The position numbers and the translations under genes are program-made. From Camelus dromedarius (taxonomy: Eukaryota): a DNA stretch of 64,000 bases. The stretch is taken from positions 52,762,001 through 52,826,000 of the forward strand of contig NC_087450.1 of the NCBI RefSeq assembly GCF_036321535.1, in the 5' to 3' direction. Below the pieces are notes generated by a model. It was not told the DNA's origin, ran no database searches, and saw nothing but the letters and a program-made list of their open reading frames with translations. Numbering within the stretch: position 1 is the stretch's first letter; every line of letters begins with the position of its first letter. Positions 11,926 to 24,867 of this stretch are shown piece after piece.

Positions 11926-13504
11926 GAAGGGACCTCTCTCATGCCCATCACCACATATCTACCCAGGCACCGTTCCCAGATATCCCACCTTACTACATAT
12001 GAAGTGTCAGTGCTCTTACAGAGGTCAAACACTTTTGTCTAAGCAATGAAATTATTCTAGCAATTATTTTTGCTTTCTCTCAAATTCCATTTGTTTTCTT
12101 CTACACCATTCCCATCAGAAAAACAATAACAACAAAATGGCGGTACTTTTTTCCCTGTTAAAAAAAAATGAAGACTTTCTGAACCTCATATTTCTCTCCA
12201 GATATTTCTCTTACAACAAACTCTTCAGAAGCTCTCATAGTTATAAAAAACACCCCAAAACAACAGCAACAACAATAACAACAAGAACAAACAAACAAAC
12301 AAAATCCTATGCTGTCATAGGAACCACAGATCCTTCAACCTACCTGAAATATTGGTCCAGAATTAAACTTGCCCTTGTGTTTCTTGTGCTCACCAGTTGT
12401 GAGTAGATGGATGCTGAAGGATGAGTCAATCTGTCCTCATGAATATGTCTTTCACTAACTCTTCCACCTAATTTCCTCACCCTCCCACCAACAGTTAAGT
12501 AAGGCTGAGGGGAGCAGTTCAGCCATTGTGGCTGCCTCACCACATCATTAATGGAGACATAAACTGAGCTGGAGCCAGCACCAGACTTGATGTCAACTAA
12601 CTGCTCACCTCCCGAGAGGCCCAGTTAATTGTCATTTCTCACAAAGCTTTCTTTACAATTTCTGCCTTAATTTGAGATAATTTCAATTAATGTTTCAAGT
12701 GTGATTTCATTAGACAATGTCAAGCAATTAATACAAATCAAGATCTATTGCAGTTATTGTTTTTATTTCTTCTGATTCATAATCCCCACATAAAAGTAAC
12801 CATTTGTGTGATTTGTCTTTGCATAGTCTTGATTCTCAGTTCCTCCGAAACCATTATCTTCACACGTGCAGACTTCTCTTCTTTTAAATATAACTTGACT
12901 AAGGTGGTCGTTGCCTTTGTCTCATGAAAACTTACAGAATTGTCATTTCCTGTCTTGACTTTTTCCTCTCTTGTCCAGTTTCCCCCATTTTCTTAGGATG
13001 CTGTATTTTCTTTGAAGTGCATTAATGTCATGTATTCTACTTTCTTCACCTTATCTATTTGTTTGATAAAGGAATCACCTCTTCGTTTTGCTGCTTTTCC
13101 TCACTCACCAAGAAATATTTTCTTTTGCCCTTCTCAAATCCGCTTCCTTATCTGAATCTATCTTCACCTGACTCTGTGAGCATAGGGGATGTGTGATTTC
13201 CACACATCATTCCTACCAACTTTGACTTTTGTAGGTGTGGCAGTGGGAGGAGGTTGTTAAAAGTAATTTAGAGGCTGGAAGCCCCTGTCATAATCTTACT
13301 CTTTTCTTTCCTGAAGATTTGTCAGCAGACACATAAGAAGGGCCTGGTGCACTGCTCCCCTTGACTTAGAGTAAGGGAAGCAGAGAATGCCAGTCATTCT
13401 GTTCCAGGAGGAATTTGGCTTTTCTGAGTCTATACCTTGAACCTAGAGCCTCAGGGATAAGCCCTGACAAGGATACGAGCTGTTCATCAGCTCATCTGTA
13501 ATGG

Positions 13505-13619
13505 CAGAGTACCTAACTTACCCTGATTTGCCTGGGCCTTACCCAGTCTTAGTTCTGAAAGTCCTGTCTCTTGGGAAACCCCTCAGCCCCAGGTAAACCT
13601 GGACGGTTGGTTACCATAT
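13505..13619. mobile_element. MER81 (hAT-Blackjack) MITE
   Basis: ctgaaagtcctgtctcttgggaaacccctcagccccaggtaaacctggacggttggttaccata closely follows the recalled MER81 consensus; length ~115 bp fits. Confidence 0.8.
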
Positions 13620-14589
13620 ATGATTCAGAAGCCTCCTGTCCCCTTGAGATATAGAATACCAATGACCTCTGCTGGCAGTGTGCTTACAGGAATGTGTTTC
13701 TCCTTTGTCTAAGTCAAGCTGCACAACTGTCCTTGATTTGTGTCTTTGTATATGTAAAGGGTAGGTGGGTGTGGGAAAATGAGAGAAGGTAAGAGGTTGG
13801 GAAGCAAAGAGAGAGAAAAAAAATTCTCACAATATGAATAGCATAAGGATATTGGGACTTCTTTGTTCTCACCATCATTACAAATTTTCCATCAGATCAT
13901 TGCAACTCTGGCATCAGGTATTTACTATGTAACATCTCCACTGCAAACCTCACTTATCATTATTTATCAATACTTATTTGTGAAATTGTGAAATTCCTTT
14001 GGCCTGGACCAACCAGGAATGGATGGGAAGGGCATCTTCTCTCCCCACGTTCTTCCAACTTAGAAAAGTTCTAGGGAGGAAACTTACACCTCTCTCTACC
14101 ATTTAGCAGCTCTTCTCAAGGGGGAGGTAGTGGCCACTCTGGTTGTCTAGAAGCTAATGTTTATTAGACAATATTTTAAATTGCAAAGTTACTTTTGGCC
14201 TCTAAACTTGTTAATTGTCTCCATCCTGTTTCTTTCACTTCCTTCATCATGAATCTTCAAGAGGGCCAAGGGCTATCTTCAATGTCTCTCTGTAAGGGGT
14301 AAGCTTCTCTGCTTGCAAGTGGGTAAGCAAATGGACCAGAAATCCATTTTTCAGAGAAATTCACCCCTTGGGTAGATTCCAAAGACTCTGTATAAAATGT
14401 TGTGGTGATTGTAGCATGAAGTTCAAGTTGTATTTTCTAGTCCAGCTTTTACCAGAGATTATGCATTGAGGCTATTGGATGTTGGAGGCCGCTAGTAGAG
14501 TTGATCTCGGTTAAGGAGCAACAGTAAAGTACAGGTACCCCTAGCTAGGAGAGAAAGTCCTTGGCAAAAGTTTTTTTCTTGCTATAGTT

Positions 14590-15150
14590 TATAATTCATT
14601 CCACTTAGAGGCAACCTGATTTACCACTGGTCTATTTAGCATCTCTGTACTTTTGTCTTTTCCAGAATGTCACATGATTAGAATCGTACAATATGTAGCC
14701 TCTCAAATTGGCTTCTTTCTCTTAGAATAAGCACTATGTCATCTATGCCTTTTCATCACTTCTGAGCTCCTTTATTTTTATTATTGAAGAATATTCTATT
14801 GTACAAATATACCACATTTTGTTTATCTGTTTACCTACTGAAGGACATCTTAGTTGCTTCCAGTTTTTGGTTATTATGAATAAAAACACCCTAAATATTT
14901 GTATGCAGATTTTTATGTGACCATAGGTTTTAAATTCAGTTGGATAAATACATAGGAGCATGATTACTTGACAGTATGGTAAGACTATGTTTAGTTTGAT
15001 AAGAAATGCAAACTTGTCTTTCAAAATAATTGTTTCATGTTGCATTCCCACCAGTAATAAATGAGTTTCTGTTGTTTTGCATCTTGGCCAGCAGTTGATA
15101 TTGTTAGTTATTTGGATCCTGGCCATTCAAATAGGAGTATAGTAGGATTT
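14590..15150 (-). mobile_element. L1 ORF2 C-terminus / 3' UTR fragment
   Basis: ORF 14743-15126 (FLFIITKNWKQLRCPSVGKQINKMWYICTIEYSSIIK) matches the L1 ORF2p C-terminal motif ALFTIAKTWKQPKCPS..WIxKxWYIxTMEYYSAIK. Confidence 0.9.
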
Positions 15151-15519
15151 TCATTAAATTATACAATTGTCAGTTTCCCAATGAGCTTTTGTTCTACATG
15201 TTTTTCAGAATAAAGACTTAAAAAGCTCTATATCAGTATGTCTAGTCATGGATACATGCCAGACTTGAAGAAGTCATTTCTAGATTTGGGCCAGGATCTC
15301 TACACAAACTGGAAAAAATCCAGCTCATTTCCCCTCAGCTGACCCAGACCAGAAGTTAAAAAGTCAAATGCACATTTAAACCAGGAAGTGGGCCCCATAG
15401 AAGACAATATTGGTGAGTAATGTGGCAAACTGGGAGAGGCATGTCTTGTCCAAATTTGGGATAACTACTCTGTTCCAATTTCTTGTTGCCATTGGAAATC
15501 AGTTATAATGTGACCAAAT

Positions 15520-15670
15520 CTTCTAATTTTTGAAGAGACTTGGGAATCTGAATTTTATATGAAATGTCCTGATTTTTAAATGTGGGGATCTAATTAAAAT
15601 TCTCTTGATATAATCTTCAGGGCAAACAAATAGAAGCTCAAGCCTGTAGGCTCCCACCACTGATTGGGAC
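15520..15670. mobile_element. hAT-type MER fragment
   Basis: gaatctgaattttatatgaaatgtcctgatttttaaatgt...ctaattaaaatt...gggcaaacaaa resembles a Charlie-class MER end. Confidence 0.4.
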
Positions 15671-16094
15671 ACTTGTTAATAAAGCACAGCTTACCCTGGA
15701 AAACTTTTTAAAGGGTTTTCAGTCTGGGAATTTCATGGTATGAATTATATTCTAAAAAAAAAAAAAAATCCTGAAAATGTGTTGGAGAAATGCAATGGAT
15801 GTCATTTATAGAAACATTTTCGTGCTATAGGCAAGAGACTATACCACTTGGACTAGAGTTTTGGCAGTACAGATGGATGGAATTGGATAATTTGTGGGAA
15901 ATTTGAAAAGTGTGTGCATTTGGTGACAAGTTAGATAAAGATAGGTTAGAGTAAAGGAGGAGGAATAGGAATCAAAACTCATTCTGCATGTTTCTACAGT
16001 GAACTAAGAGGATAAATATGATGTTTACTGAGATACAGAAAACTGAAAGAGGAGTTAGAGAAAATTTTATTAAAGTGGAGGAAAAAACAAGGTC

Positions 16095-16310
16095 TATGGT
16101 ATTATTATCTCCAGTTTACAGAAAGGAAATTGAGATCTTGAGAGATTAAATAACTTGTCAAAAATCATACAGGAAAAAAATCTATATATAGATAGATAGA
16201 TCTGTATCTATACCTATCTATTGGTAAGTTATTTCCAGATATCTGTCTATCTGTCTACTTATCAGACCCAGGATATCTGATTCATAACTCAAGATCACTG
16301 TCTCATGGTC
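16095..16310 (-). mobile_element. MIR interrupted by an ATAG/ATCT low-complexity tract
   Basis: attattatctccagtttacagaaaggaaattgag..gagagattaaataacttgtcaaaaatcatacag, then acccaggatatctgattc. Confidence 0.65.
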
Positions 16311-17406
16311 CCTAATATGTCTTCATTGTTTTGACCTGAATGAATGACAGAGGACAAGGTGAATAATTCTGTTTAGGTGCAGCATTTGGTAGAAAGAGTT
16401 GAGCCCCATTCATCTCTGATGGCCTCTAAACTGGAAAAGGAATGAAGCATCACAAGTACTTACCCCCAGCCAAGGTTACAGAAGAGAATTATATTGACAG
16501 AGTGAAGAATTGCAAGTTTGTAAACCTGCTGTTATGCTGTGAAGGAAAGGAAAGACAGTGAAGAAAGTGATAAGAAAACAGTCTCACAGGGCATTAAACA
16601 GCTAGTGCAAGACAACTGCCAGTCGTGTTTTTATTTATCTGTTCTAATGAATGTCTTTGGAATTGGAGAGATTCACACCGGGATTCTGTGCTGTCTGGCT
16701 TCTACATTTCTAGATTATAATCAGAAAATCGCTCCCATGAGGGATATGGGGACTGATAGAAACAAAGATGTGCTGTTTAAGAGAGATTTACAAAGCAGCT
16801 GAGAGGAAGAGGAGGAAATTAATAGGAACAGAGACCTAACCTGACAAATGGCTTCTCTTCTGGGAACTTGCAGCCAGCTTGGTTCTGTGCAGTGAGGGCC
16901 TCAGACCTTGGAGAGAGTCTCTCTGCCCCTAACGTGGGCAGTAAGCCTAGACAACCAAAGAAGCAGGACGGTACAGAGGTTGACTTGAGTCTATTGGAAA
17001 TACCTACTCAATAATGTAGAAGGAGAGCGCTTCAGTGGGAAGAGATAAAGGGAAACAGTACCCTTTGGTCAGATAAGCGCTTTTGTTAGCTATTTGAAGG
17101 TAGAGGATGGGACTCCAGAACTGAGGATTGGCTGGTGTCCAGAAATAAGGAGAGACAGCTGTATCTCTTTTCTTAGAAAATGAAAAAAAAAAAAAAAGTA
17201 TGACTGTGTCCTAGCAAAGGAGAGAGGGAGAGAGGGTAGGGGGAGCAAGGGGAAGAGGGAACTGCTGCCTAAAATGATAGAAATAGTTGAGAGACATTTA
17301 AAGAGGAAGAATGTCATACTGAATTTTAGATTGTTATTATCATGACCATGTAAACCAACCTCCCCCATGCCAGTTCCTCGATGTTCAGTAGCATCTGCTA
17401 CACAGC

Positions 17407-17842
17407 TGCGTTAGTTTCCTGGAGCTTCTGTAACAAAGTACCACAAAAGTGAGTGGCCTAACAGAGATTTACTGTCTCACAGCTCTGGAGGCTGGAAGTC
17501 TGAAATCAAGATGTTGGCATTATTGGTTCCTTTAGAGGGCTGTGAGGTAGAATCTATCCATTCTTCTCTCTTAGCTTCTGGTAACCTCGGGTATTCCTTG
17601 CCTTGTAGATGTTGATTTCTCTGTGCCTTCACATTATCTTCCCTCCATGTGTCTCTATTTGTGTCCAAATTTCTGTTACTGCTTTCATAAGGGTACAGAC
17701 TGGGTTAGGACCCACCCTAATGGCCTTAACTTGATCATTTGCAGAGACCCTATACTCAAATAAACCCATATACACAGATACTATGGATTAGCATTTCAAC
17801 ATCTTTTTTTTTTTTTTGGAGGGGTGAATTCAATCCATAAGA
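17407..17842 (-). mobile_element. MLT1B/C-type solo LTR, near full length
   Basis: tgcgttagtttcctggagcttctgtaacaaagtaccacaa...tctcacagctctggaggctggaagtctgaaatcaag...ttaggacccaccctaatg...aattcaatccataa. Confidence 0.9.
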
Positions 17843-17986
17843 AAAACAAAAATTTGTTATGTATGTTCTATTCATTCATTCATTCATTTATTATAGGAGT
17901 AAGATACAGAGATTGTGACATCAAGGAAAGGGGGTGCATTCTACACCAGTCAACATATTGAATAACAAGGACAGCACTGAGGGGAT

Positions 17987-18210
17987 NNNNNNNNNNNNNN
18001 NNNNNNNNNNNNNNNNNNNNNNNNNNNNNNNNNNNNNNNNNNNNNNNNNNNNNNNNNNNNNNNNNNNNNNNNNNNNNNNNNNNNNNNNNNNNNNNNNNNN
18101 NNNNNNNNNNNNNNNNNNNNNNNNNNNNNNNNNNNNNNNNNNNNNNNNNNNNNNNNNNNNNNNNNNNNNNNNNNNNNNNNNNNNNNNNNNNNNNNNNNNN
18201 NNNNNNNNNA
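17987..18210. other. Assembly gap (224 N)
   Basis: Run of N. Confidence 1.
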
Positions 18211-18729
18211 AACGGTAACTCAGATCAAGAACTGACTCATAAACCAACTGTTCTTCTTACCCAGAGTTTATTACTGGAAAAAAAATGGATTTTAGCCTAT
18301 TTTATAAGATAGAACACATCAAATAACACTCAGGTTATTTTTGTCAGTGTGAGCTTTCACTTTTATACAATACTCAACTCTATTTTACATACAATTCTTA
18401 CTCTAAGGTGGAGGCAGGGCTTGTTCTTACAATGGCTGCCAAAGAGTTTCATGATACAGGAGAAGATGTAATAAGCAACTAGGAGACTGTACTTGTCCTT
18501 GAAATACCACCTCAAAGTCAGAGGGAATTTATGCTACAACTCTGAGATCACCCTCATAGTTTTAGTCCCTCTCTATCTCTCTCTCCATATTTCAGGCAGA
18601 AAATCAGTTATATGCAGCACTTTCCAAACATTTTGGCTCAAGAAATCCTCTAGTCAAGTAGACATGAAAGCATCTTGGAAACCAAAATCTCTGTATTTTT
18701 CTTTGCATTTATTGTCATCCAGGAGGTCT

Positions 18730-20575
18730 TAGGAATCTCATGGCAGATTGCTATTGATCAAACCACTGGGCAAGAATGTTCAGGTCAATGAACTTATACT
18801 GGGAGACACATTAACAAACTTAATTTGGGAGAGGCCATGTGCAGTATAAAAGAAGAGGTATTCTCAGGCACTGGAGAGAAGGATTGTGAATGGTGAACAT
18901 ACCATGGAGATTCTGCGATGCTGAAGGATCTATGAGGCAGCAAGGGAAAGCCAACTGACAGGAAACCCACGAAACTGTATACACAATCCATTTGCAATCT
19001 CAGAATGTCAAATATCTCTCTTGATGACTTTGGGCTATGAACATTACTTAAAGTCCACAATATGGGTAGAATCTACATAGATTCTATGGAAGCAAGTTTT
19101 CTCAGAAGTATGGTTAGAACTATCTGTGTGTCAGTCTTTTTTTTAAACTATGAATGAACTCACTGAAGACTTCTGAATATGTTTTAAAAGTAGATGTACT
19201 GATCCAAAGGACAATTGGAGTGATTGATTACAATTACTTATGGTATAATTCTGCTCTAAGAATTTGAGCTGCTATGTAGAACTGGGAAATTTTTCCAATT
19301 CCCTGATTAGTAAGGTTAATTTTAGACAAAGAGGAGAAGGAAGTGGTGTCGTCTACTCTCAGGGAATAGCCTGGAACAAAACCTCAGCATTGGAAACTCC
19401 AGCTCTAATTGAGGAAGAGGATGTTGACATGGGTTTGATTTAGCCACCTGAGGTTGAGTTTCTGGCAGTAAAGGACCTGGGAAGTAGAGATGAATGCGCT
19501 TTCTACCTACACTTTTGGGAGGAGGTGGTCCTCAGAGCATGATTGGTGACCACACTCACAAATTGCTCTCTGTACTTGGGTCTTTGGAGTGTACACTGAT
19601 ACCGACTGGTTCAGGACATCGTGTCAAAACCGATGAGGATGAACCCAAGCATGGAAGGAAGTATTACTCAGGTCCAAGTGGGGATTATACATGGAGCAGA
19701 ATCCTGGGACCTTGATGAGAGGAATTACCCCTTTGTTCTGACTATGGGAAATGATGATGGATATTTCTTAGGAAACTTTGCTTATGCCAAGAGAATCTGG
19801 GTTGAATCTTGTGGAAGCTGAGGCTTGGGAAGAATGAGAATATACAAGCAGACTGGAAGACCAAGCCATCTATTTCCCTGGTAGTGATCAAACTCATTCC
19901 TAGAGCTTCCCATCTCTTTTCTGGAGGTAAAAGCTCTAGAGAGAGTAAAAGTGGACAGCTACCTTCCATAGCAACACTTTGGAGGTCAGAGTTCCAGGAG
20001 AGAGAGGGTCCTGACTTCTAGGGTGAAGAGGAATGTTGGAGGACAAAGCTAGGCTTCAACCTATTGTCCTGGACAAAAGAAGGGATTGGAAACTTTCCCT
20101 GGGTTTCAAGAGACCCAGTATGGAAGTTATCACCATGGAGAGGAGAGTGGGAAGAAATGTTTCCAGCATCTAGTAAGAAAACAAAGGTGGAAGTTTTCTA
20201 ATTGGTCAAAGGAGGAATGCAGGGAAGCCAACATCTGAATGGGTGGTAAAAATCCCTATACTTCCTGAACATTATTTCATGTGGGGGTGTTTGAAGAGAG
20301 CATTGGTCCAGAGTAGTCTGTACATGCTCAGAGGAAACCAAACTCCCTGGAGATACTGGAAAGATATGAAGTGACAACGGAGAAAGATGTTTGAGCCTGT
20401 TTCATTAAAAATGGAAAAAGACATGATACCTCAGTTGATATCTGGGTTACGCAAGTGTGGACTGTCCACTTGATTGTCATGTTTTAGCCTGTAACTAGCC
20501 TGAAGGAAGGCCAGGTGGGAAAGCTTGGGAGTAGGGAGAGTAACCTAGGACACCACAACGTACCACCATCACAAT
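18730..20575 (+). mobile_element. Possible very old ERVL-class internal remnant with 3' LTR
   Basis: Purine-rich stretch free of SINE/LINE; LSVLGSLECTLIP (~19567-19605) weakly resembles ERVL protease LDTGSELTLIP; ends gtaccaccatcaca like an LTR terminus. Confidence 0.3.
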
Positions 20576-20659
20576 CTCAAGAATCCAGTTTGGAAAATAG
20601 GACACCCTCATCTCTCTCCCAGAGAAGCCATGTGCTACTGTGGGAGGAACTCAGGTGTT

Positions 20660-20830
20660 GCAGGGTCAGACCTGGGTTTGAATCCTGCCCCTGCTAGGCC
20701 AGTTGTGAGACCTAGTCTAGTATTTGAGTCTCACTTTCCTCATCTGTAAAATATAAGATTTTTGTCAATATTAACATGAATGTATATAAATCTCATGGCA
20801 GGTACTCAGTTGTTGCCGATTGCTATCATC
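20660..20830 (+). mobile_element. MIR
   Basis: cagacctgggtttgaatcctg...ctcactttcctcatctgtaaaat. Confidence 0.6.
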
Positions 20831-21014
20831 TCACTATGCCTAGTAGGGCGCCCTGCATATAAAAAGAGTTCAGTATGATTTTGCAGTAATGGCATGTTAT
20901 AGCCTTGAACAAGACACATTCACCCTTGAGTGTGTACTTGCTTTGGTTTGTATCTGAAGTCTACTCCAAGCATCCCTATCCTTAGGGGTCCTGCTATTTT
21001 GTTCTGTCTCCTTT

Positions 21015-21250
21015 TAGTGTCATGGTTGAGAGTGCAGGCTCAGGCATTAGCCTGCCTGGATTTGATTCTTGGCTCTGCCCCTTTCAGTCTGTATGGCTTG
21101 GGAAGGTTTCTTTGCCTCTCTTTGTCTCATTTTCCATATCTGTAAAATGGAGATTATAATAACCCTGAATCCTCTGAAAGGACCAAATGAATATATATGT
21201 CAAGTGCTTAGAAGACTAATGAATGCTCAATACTTTTTAGTGATTATTGC
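21015..21250 (+). mobile_element. MIR, near full length
   Basis: tggttgagagtgcaggctc...cctggatttgattcttggctctgcc...tttccatatctgtaaaatggagattataata...aagtgcttagaa. Confidence 0.8.
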
Positions 21251-21929
21251 TATAGGTTTTCTTCATACACTATTCAGCTAAGAGACACAGTGTCTTTGAC
21301 ATCAAAGCAGAGGAGTGCCATCGAGGGGATGAACACGTGCATTCCTCTGATACTGTGCTTAAAAATCTGCTAGACCGATCTGAACCTGCCTCCTGCTTAC
21401 AGAGCTGTAGTGTATACTGACTGTGAGAACTGCTCAGAGCCTTAAAGAGTGAAGCCATATCTGTTCATGGTAAACCACCATGCTCCTATTATTGTTCTTG
21501 TACTAAGTTTCCCATAGGCCAGGGCCAAGTGTGAGTGTCCTGTCATTCCCCAGCATGCACTGCAGGGCTGTGTTCACAGAACCATCAGTCTCTTTCATTC
21601 ATCAAATGCTTATTGAGCACTGACCTTGCTTGCCAGGCAGCGCGTTGTGGTGGATGAGCTTGTGAAGCCATGTTGGAGGAGGGTAGGAGTCAAGTGGGAG
21701 GGAACAGAGTCTCACTGTTGTCCTTGTTCACATAATGACAGTGACTGGAGTGGAGGTAATTACAGGGAATGGAGCATCCTGGACAAACCACATGCAGATT
21801 CACAAGAGAATTCTGGGCAGCTGAGTTTCTGCCTGGCCTGGGGGTCAGGGGTGGGTCACTGATAATGTTTCCTAAGGCTTGCCTCCTCACACAGACCACT
21901 TTGTCTTCTGTTTTATTTAAGACAGGATA

Positions 21930-22170
21930 TATGCCAAGAGGGGAAGTGAAGTTTAAGTACAGCTCAGAATAGAAAGAGAGATCTATAATTGGCTGAAGGC
22001 CACTCTTGCTGCTCTTCCTTTGGGCGTTGCTCTCATTGGCTGGGCTTCCTGCCTGCCAGGGCGGCCTCAAGGTTACTGCTCCCAGTTTCAATGCTTGTTT
22101 ACCCTCCGTGCGACAGAGGAATTGAGTGCGTGCTCTCCTTCCATCCCACCCTCCCACACTTTGGTGTCCT
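21930..22170. promoter_or_regulatory. Promoter/enhancer-like island (two CCAAT boxes, GC box, PU.1/ETS-like and FOX motifs)
   Basis: ATTGGCTG at 21988 and 22035, GGGCGG at 22059, AGAGGGGAAGTGAA at 21937, TGTTTAC at 22096, and five CpGs in ~110 bp; not recognisably repeat-derived. Confidence 0.4.
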
Positions 22171-23559
22171 CTAAGTTAATGCTTTAGATGTTCTCCTCTT
22201 TAAAAAAAAAAGTTTTGAAATGTAGATTCTCTCAGTAAAAAACCAAAGATAGTATATTGAGTTTCAAAATCTGTTAGGAATATATTCATAGGCACTAGAC
22301 GCATTAGATTATTTTTTTCCTTTAGCATCTTCCCATGCACAGTTAAGATGAAGAGATATTAGAATTGCTTCTCCACCTCAGTGTATTAGGTTTAAGTATT
22401 ACAATGAAAGATCTGAGGTCTAACACCTCCTGGGAAATCCATAAATCCTGCTCTAACAGTAAGGTGGTACATTAGGGAACTGTAAATGCACGATACGTGG
22501 AGTATTCAAATGAGAAATATATCAGGCTTACTTAGGTCTTACTCAGATAGCTCAGCAGACATAAAAAATATTTGGAGCCATATTCTCCCATTATGTAAGA
22601 TATTCACTAAATACTAATATTAATAAGACTTTATAAACTGCATTATCTGTGCAGGAACATTAGGATGGTACTTGGTAACTGCATCCGTAATATTCCAAGG
22701 GGGCACTCTAATGTCCTGAAACAGTTAACATATCTTTCAAATGTGTTTTTTATTTTGTTTCAGTTTGTTTTGTTTTGTTTTAAACAAAAAGATACTTTAT
22801 AAACCCCAGAATCTGATCAACTCTTTATCTAAATAACTTTTACATTATCCAAAGCCTCTTCTAGAGTGGTATTGAAAACTAAAATATTAAAACAAACAAA
22901 CCAAAAAACAAAACAAAACAAAAAAACCCCAAGGAAACCTGTGATCCTTTACCTGTGTGTAGATTTTGCTGACTTCGTCATGAAGCACTTTCACACTCGT
23001 TATTTTATTTGTCCACAGCAGCACTATAAGGCCGGTAGGGAATTTGCATCCATTCCAGTGGATCACTGCTGTATTCGAGCACAGCGCTGTATAGGAATCC
23101 CTTGTACTGATTCAGATGGCATTATACTCAGAGGTAAAGCTCACTAAGTGGTAGAGTCATGACTGGAAACCACATTTTATGCATTCTAACCCAGTTTTCT
23201 TACTACTACTCCAAGTGCTTGTTAGAATTTTGTTAGAAGGAAGAGAGATGAACCAACACCTTCGATGGACCCACTGATTTAATAGGTCCAGTAAGAAGAC
23301 GGCATCCTGAGCAGGCCTGGTCAGTATTAGACAATGTTCCTGCTACCTCCCAGCTTAAGTGCACGCCTTTCAAATTCCTCATTTATGTGGCAGGACGGAT
23401 GGTGGAGCTTCTCTTGCTTATGCTACCGAAGGATAATCTGCCCTCATGTGTTTCTCGTGTCTTTCAGCTTATTTTTCTCTGAGTCCCGCATTGTCTCCTG
23501 ATGATGATTCCTCCATATACAGGAGGGAGAGACGATTTATTAATTATACACAATATGCA

Positions 23560-23900
23560 ATAACATCCTCTCTATGAGACTATTATCATCTGAATCTCTC
23601 CCAATTCAAGTATTTCTTCACCTAAATCCTATCTGCCTCTCTGGCTACCACTATATCTGTTTCTTCCCTATTAAAGCCAAACTTGATAGAAACTTCACGT
23701 ACTTCCTCAGTGACTCATCCCTTAGCTCTCTGTAATCTGGGTTTGATGCCCAATATTCCAGCTCAGATGGTTTTTCTGAGGTCATTACTGACCCCTGGGT
23801 TGGGGATCCAGTGTGTACTTTGTAGTGTTCATATGGCCTGATCTCTCTGAATTATGGCTCTGACTGGACTAGGCCTCTTTTTGTCATATCCCTATGGATC
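23560..23900 (+). mobile_element. L2 fragment
   Basis: cactatatctgtttcttccctattaaagccaaact...ctctgtaatctgggtttgatgcc...gaggtcattactgacc, a pyrimidine-rich L2 body. Confidence 0.5.
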
Positions 23901-24867
23901 ATCTGTCTTCAAATCTTCATATAGTGCTTCATACACTTATTAAATGAATAGATAGTTACTAAATAGCAACTATGTGCCAGGCACTGTTCTTACAGCCATG
24001 CATTTTGCCATCTTTCAGTACTTTGATCTTTATTTACCAAGTGAGTATGTATGAGGGTACTCATGCAAGTTCAGAAAGAAATATCAGCTGGATCATATAA
24101 TAAAGCAAAAATTTTGTGATTGTTTTTATTCATAGAAGCTTAGAATTTATATATTGGCAGTGGAAACTTCCATGGCTCTTGTTATGAGAACAACATAGAG
24201 TCTACTTAATCACCAAGTGGAAGGTTCCTAATGTCACAACCTTTATACTCCTCTCACTGAGATAACTTTATGTTGGAATGAGAATGGTTACTATGTGATC
24301 CAAGATTAGATTACCAGAAGGAAAACATTTAGACTAGAAAATAACTTGAAAATTTTCCCATTATTTGAAATCAAATAGCAGATTTGGAGAAATTATCTGT
24401 TTATAAAGAACTATGCAGTTTGTAAACTCCTTGTATTGTAAATTCAGAGAAATTCATAACCTGCATGTTTTTCTCAACTTGGAAATAAGAAAATTGAAGC
24501 ATGTATTTATGACGTTTATCTACAGCCAGATAGAACGTGAGTGACACAGTTGGTCCTTAAAGTTCAGCATTTCTCTATGAAAGGAGACTGAATGTCCAGG
24601 CTAGATGTCCATCCTCAGTGCTTCCATAGCATACATCATACTGAATTCTATTCACTCATTTGTTTTTAGTCTTCTCTGTTAAACAGTGGCCTCTGAAAGT
24701 AGATCTGTGGCTGACTTATATCAGTATCCAAAGCATCTAGCACAATAAAGAAATCATCATTGAGTACATGTACATGGTATGATCAATACTGTGTTGAGTG
24801 CTTCATGTATAAAGATGTAAAAAAAATGATTTAGGTGTTAGAATAGACCCTCCCACCCACAATGTCT

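Noticed and set aside
14743-15126. 127-aa ORF as a host gene
   Set aside because: It is the degenerate C-terminus of L1 ORF2p inside an L1 fragment.
21690-22157. 155-aa minus-strand ORF (longest in the track)
   Set aside because: Non-ATG start, no recognisable domain, and it runs across an L2 fragment and the promoter-like island; consistent with a chance frame.
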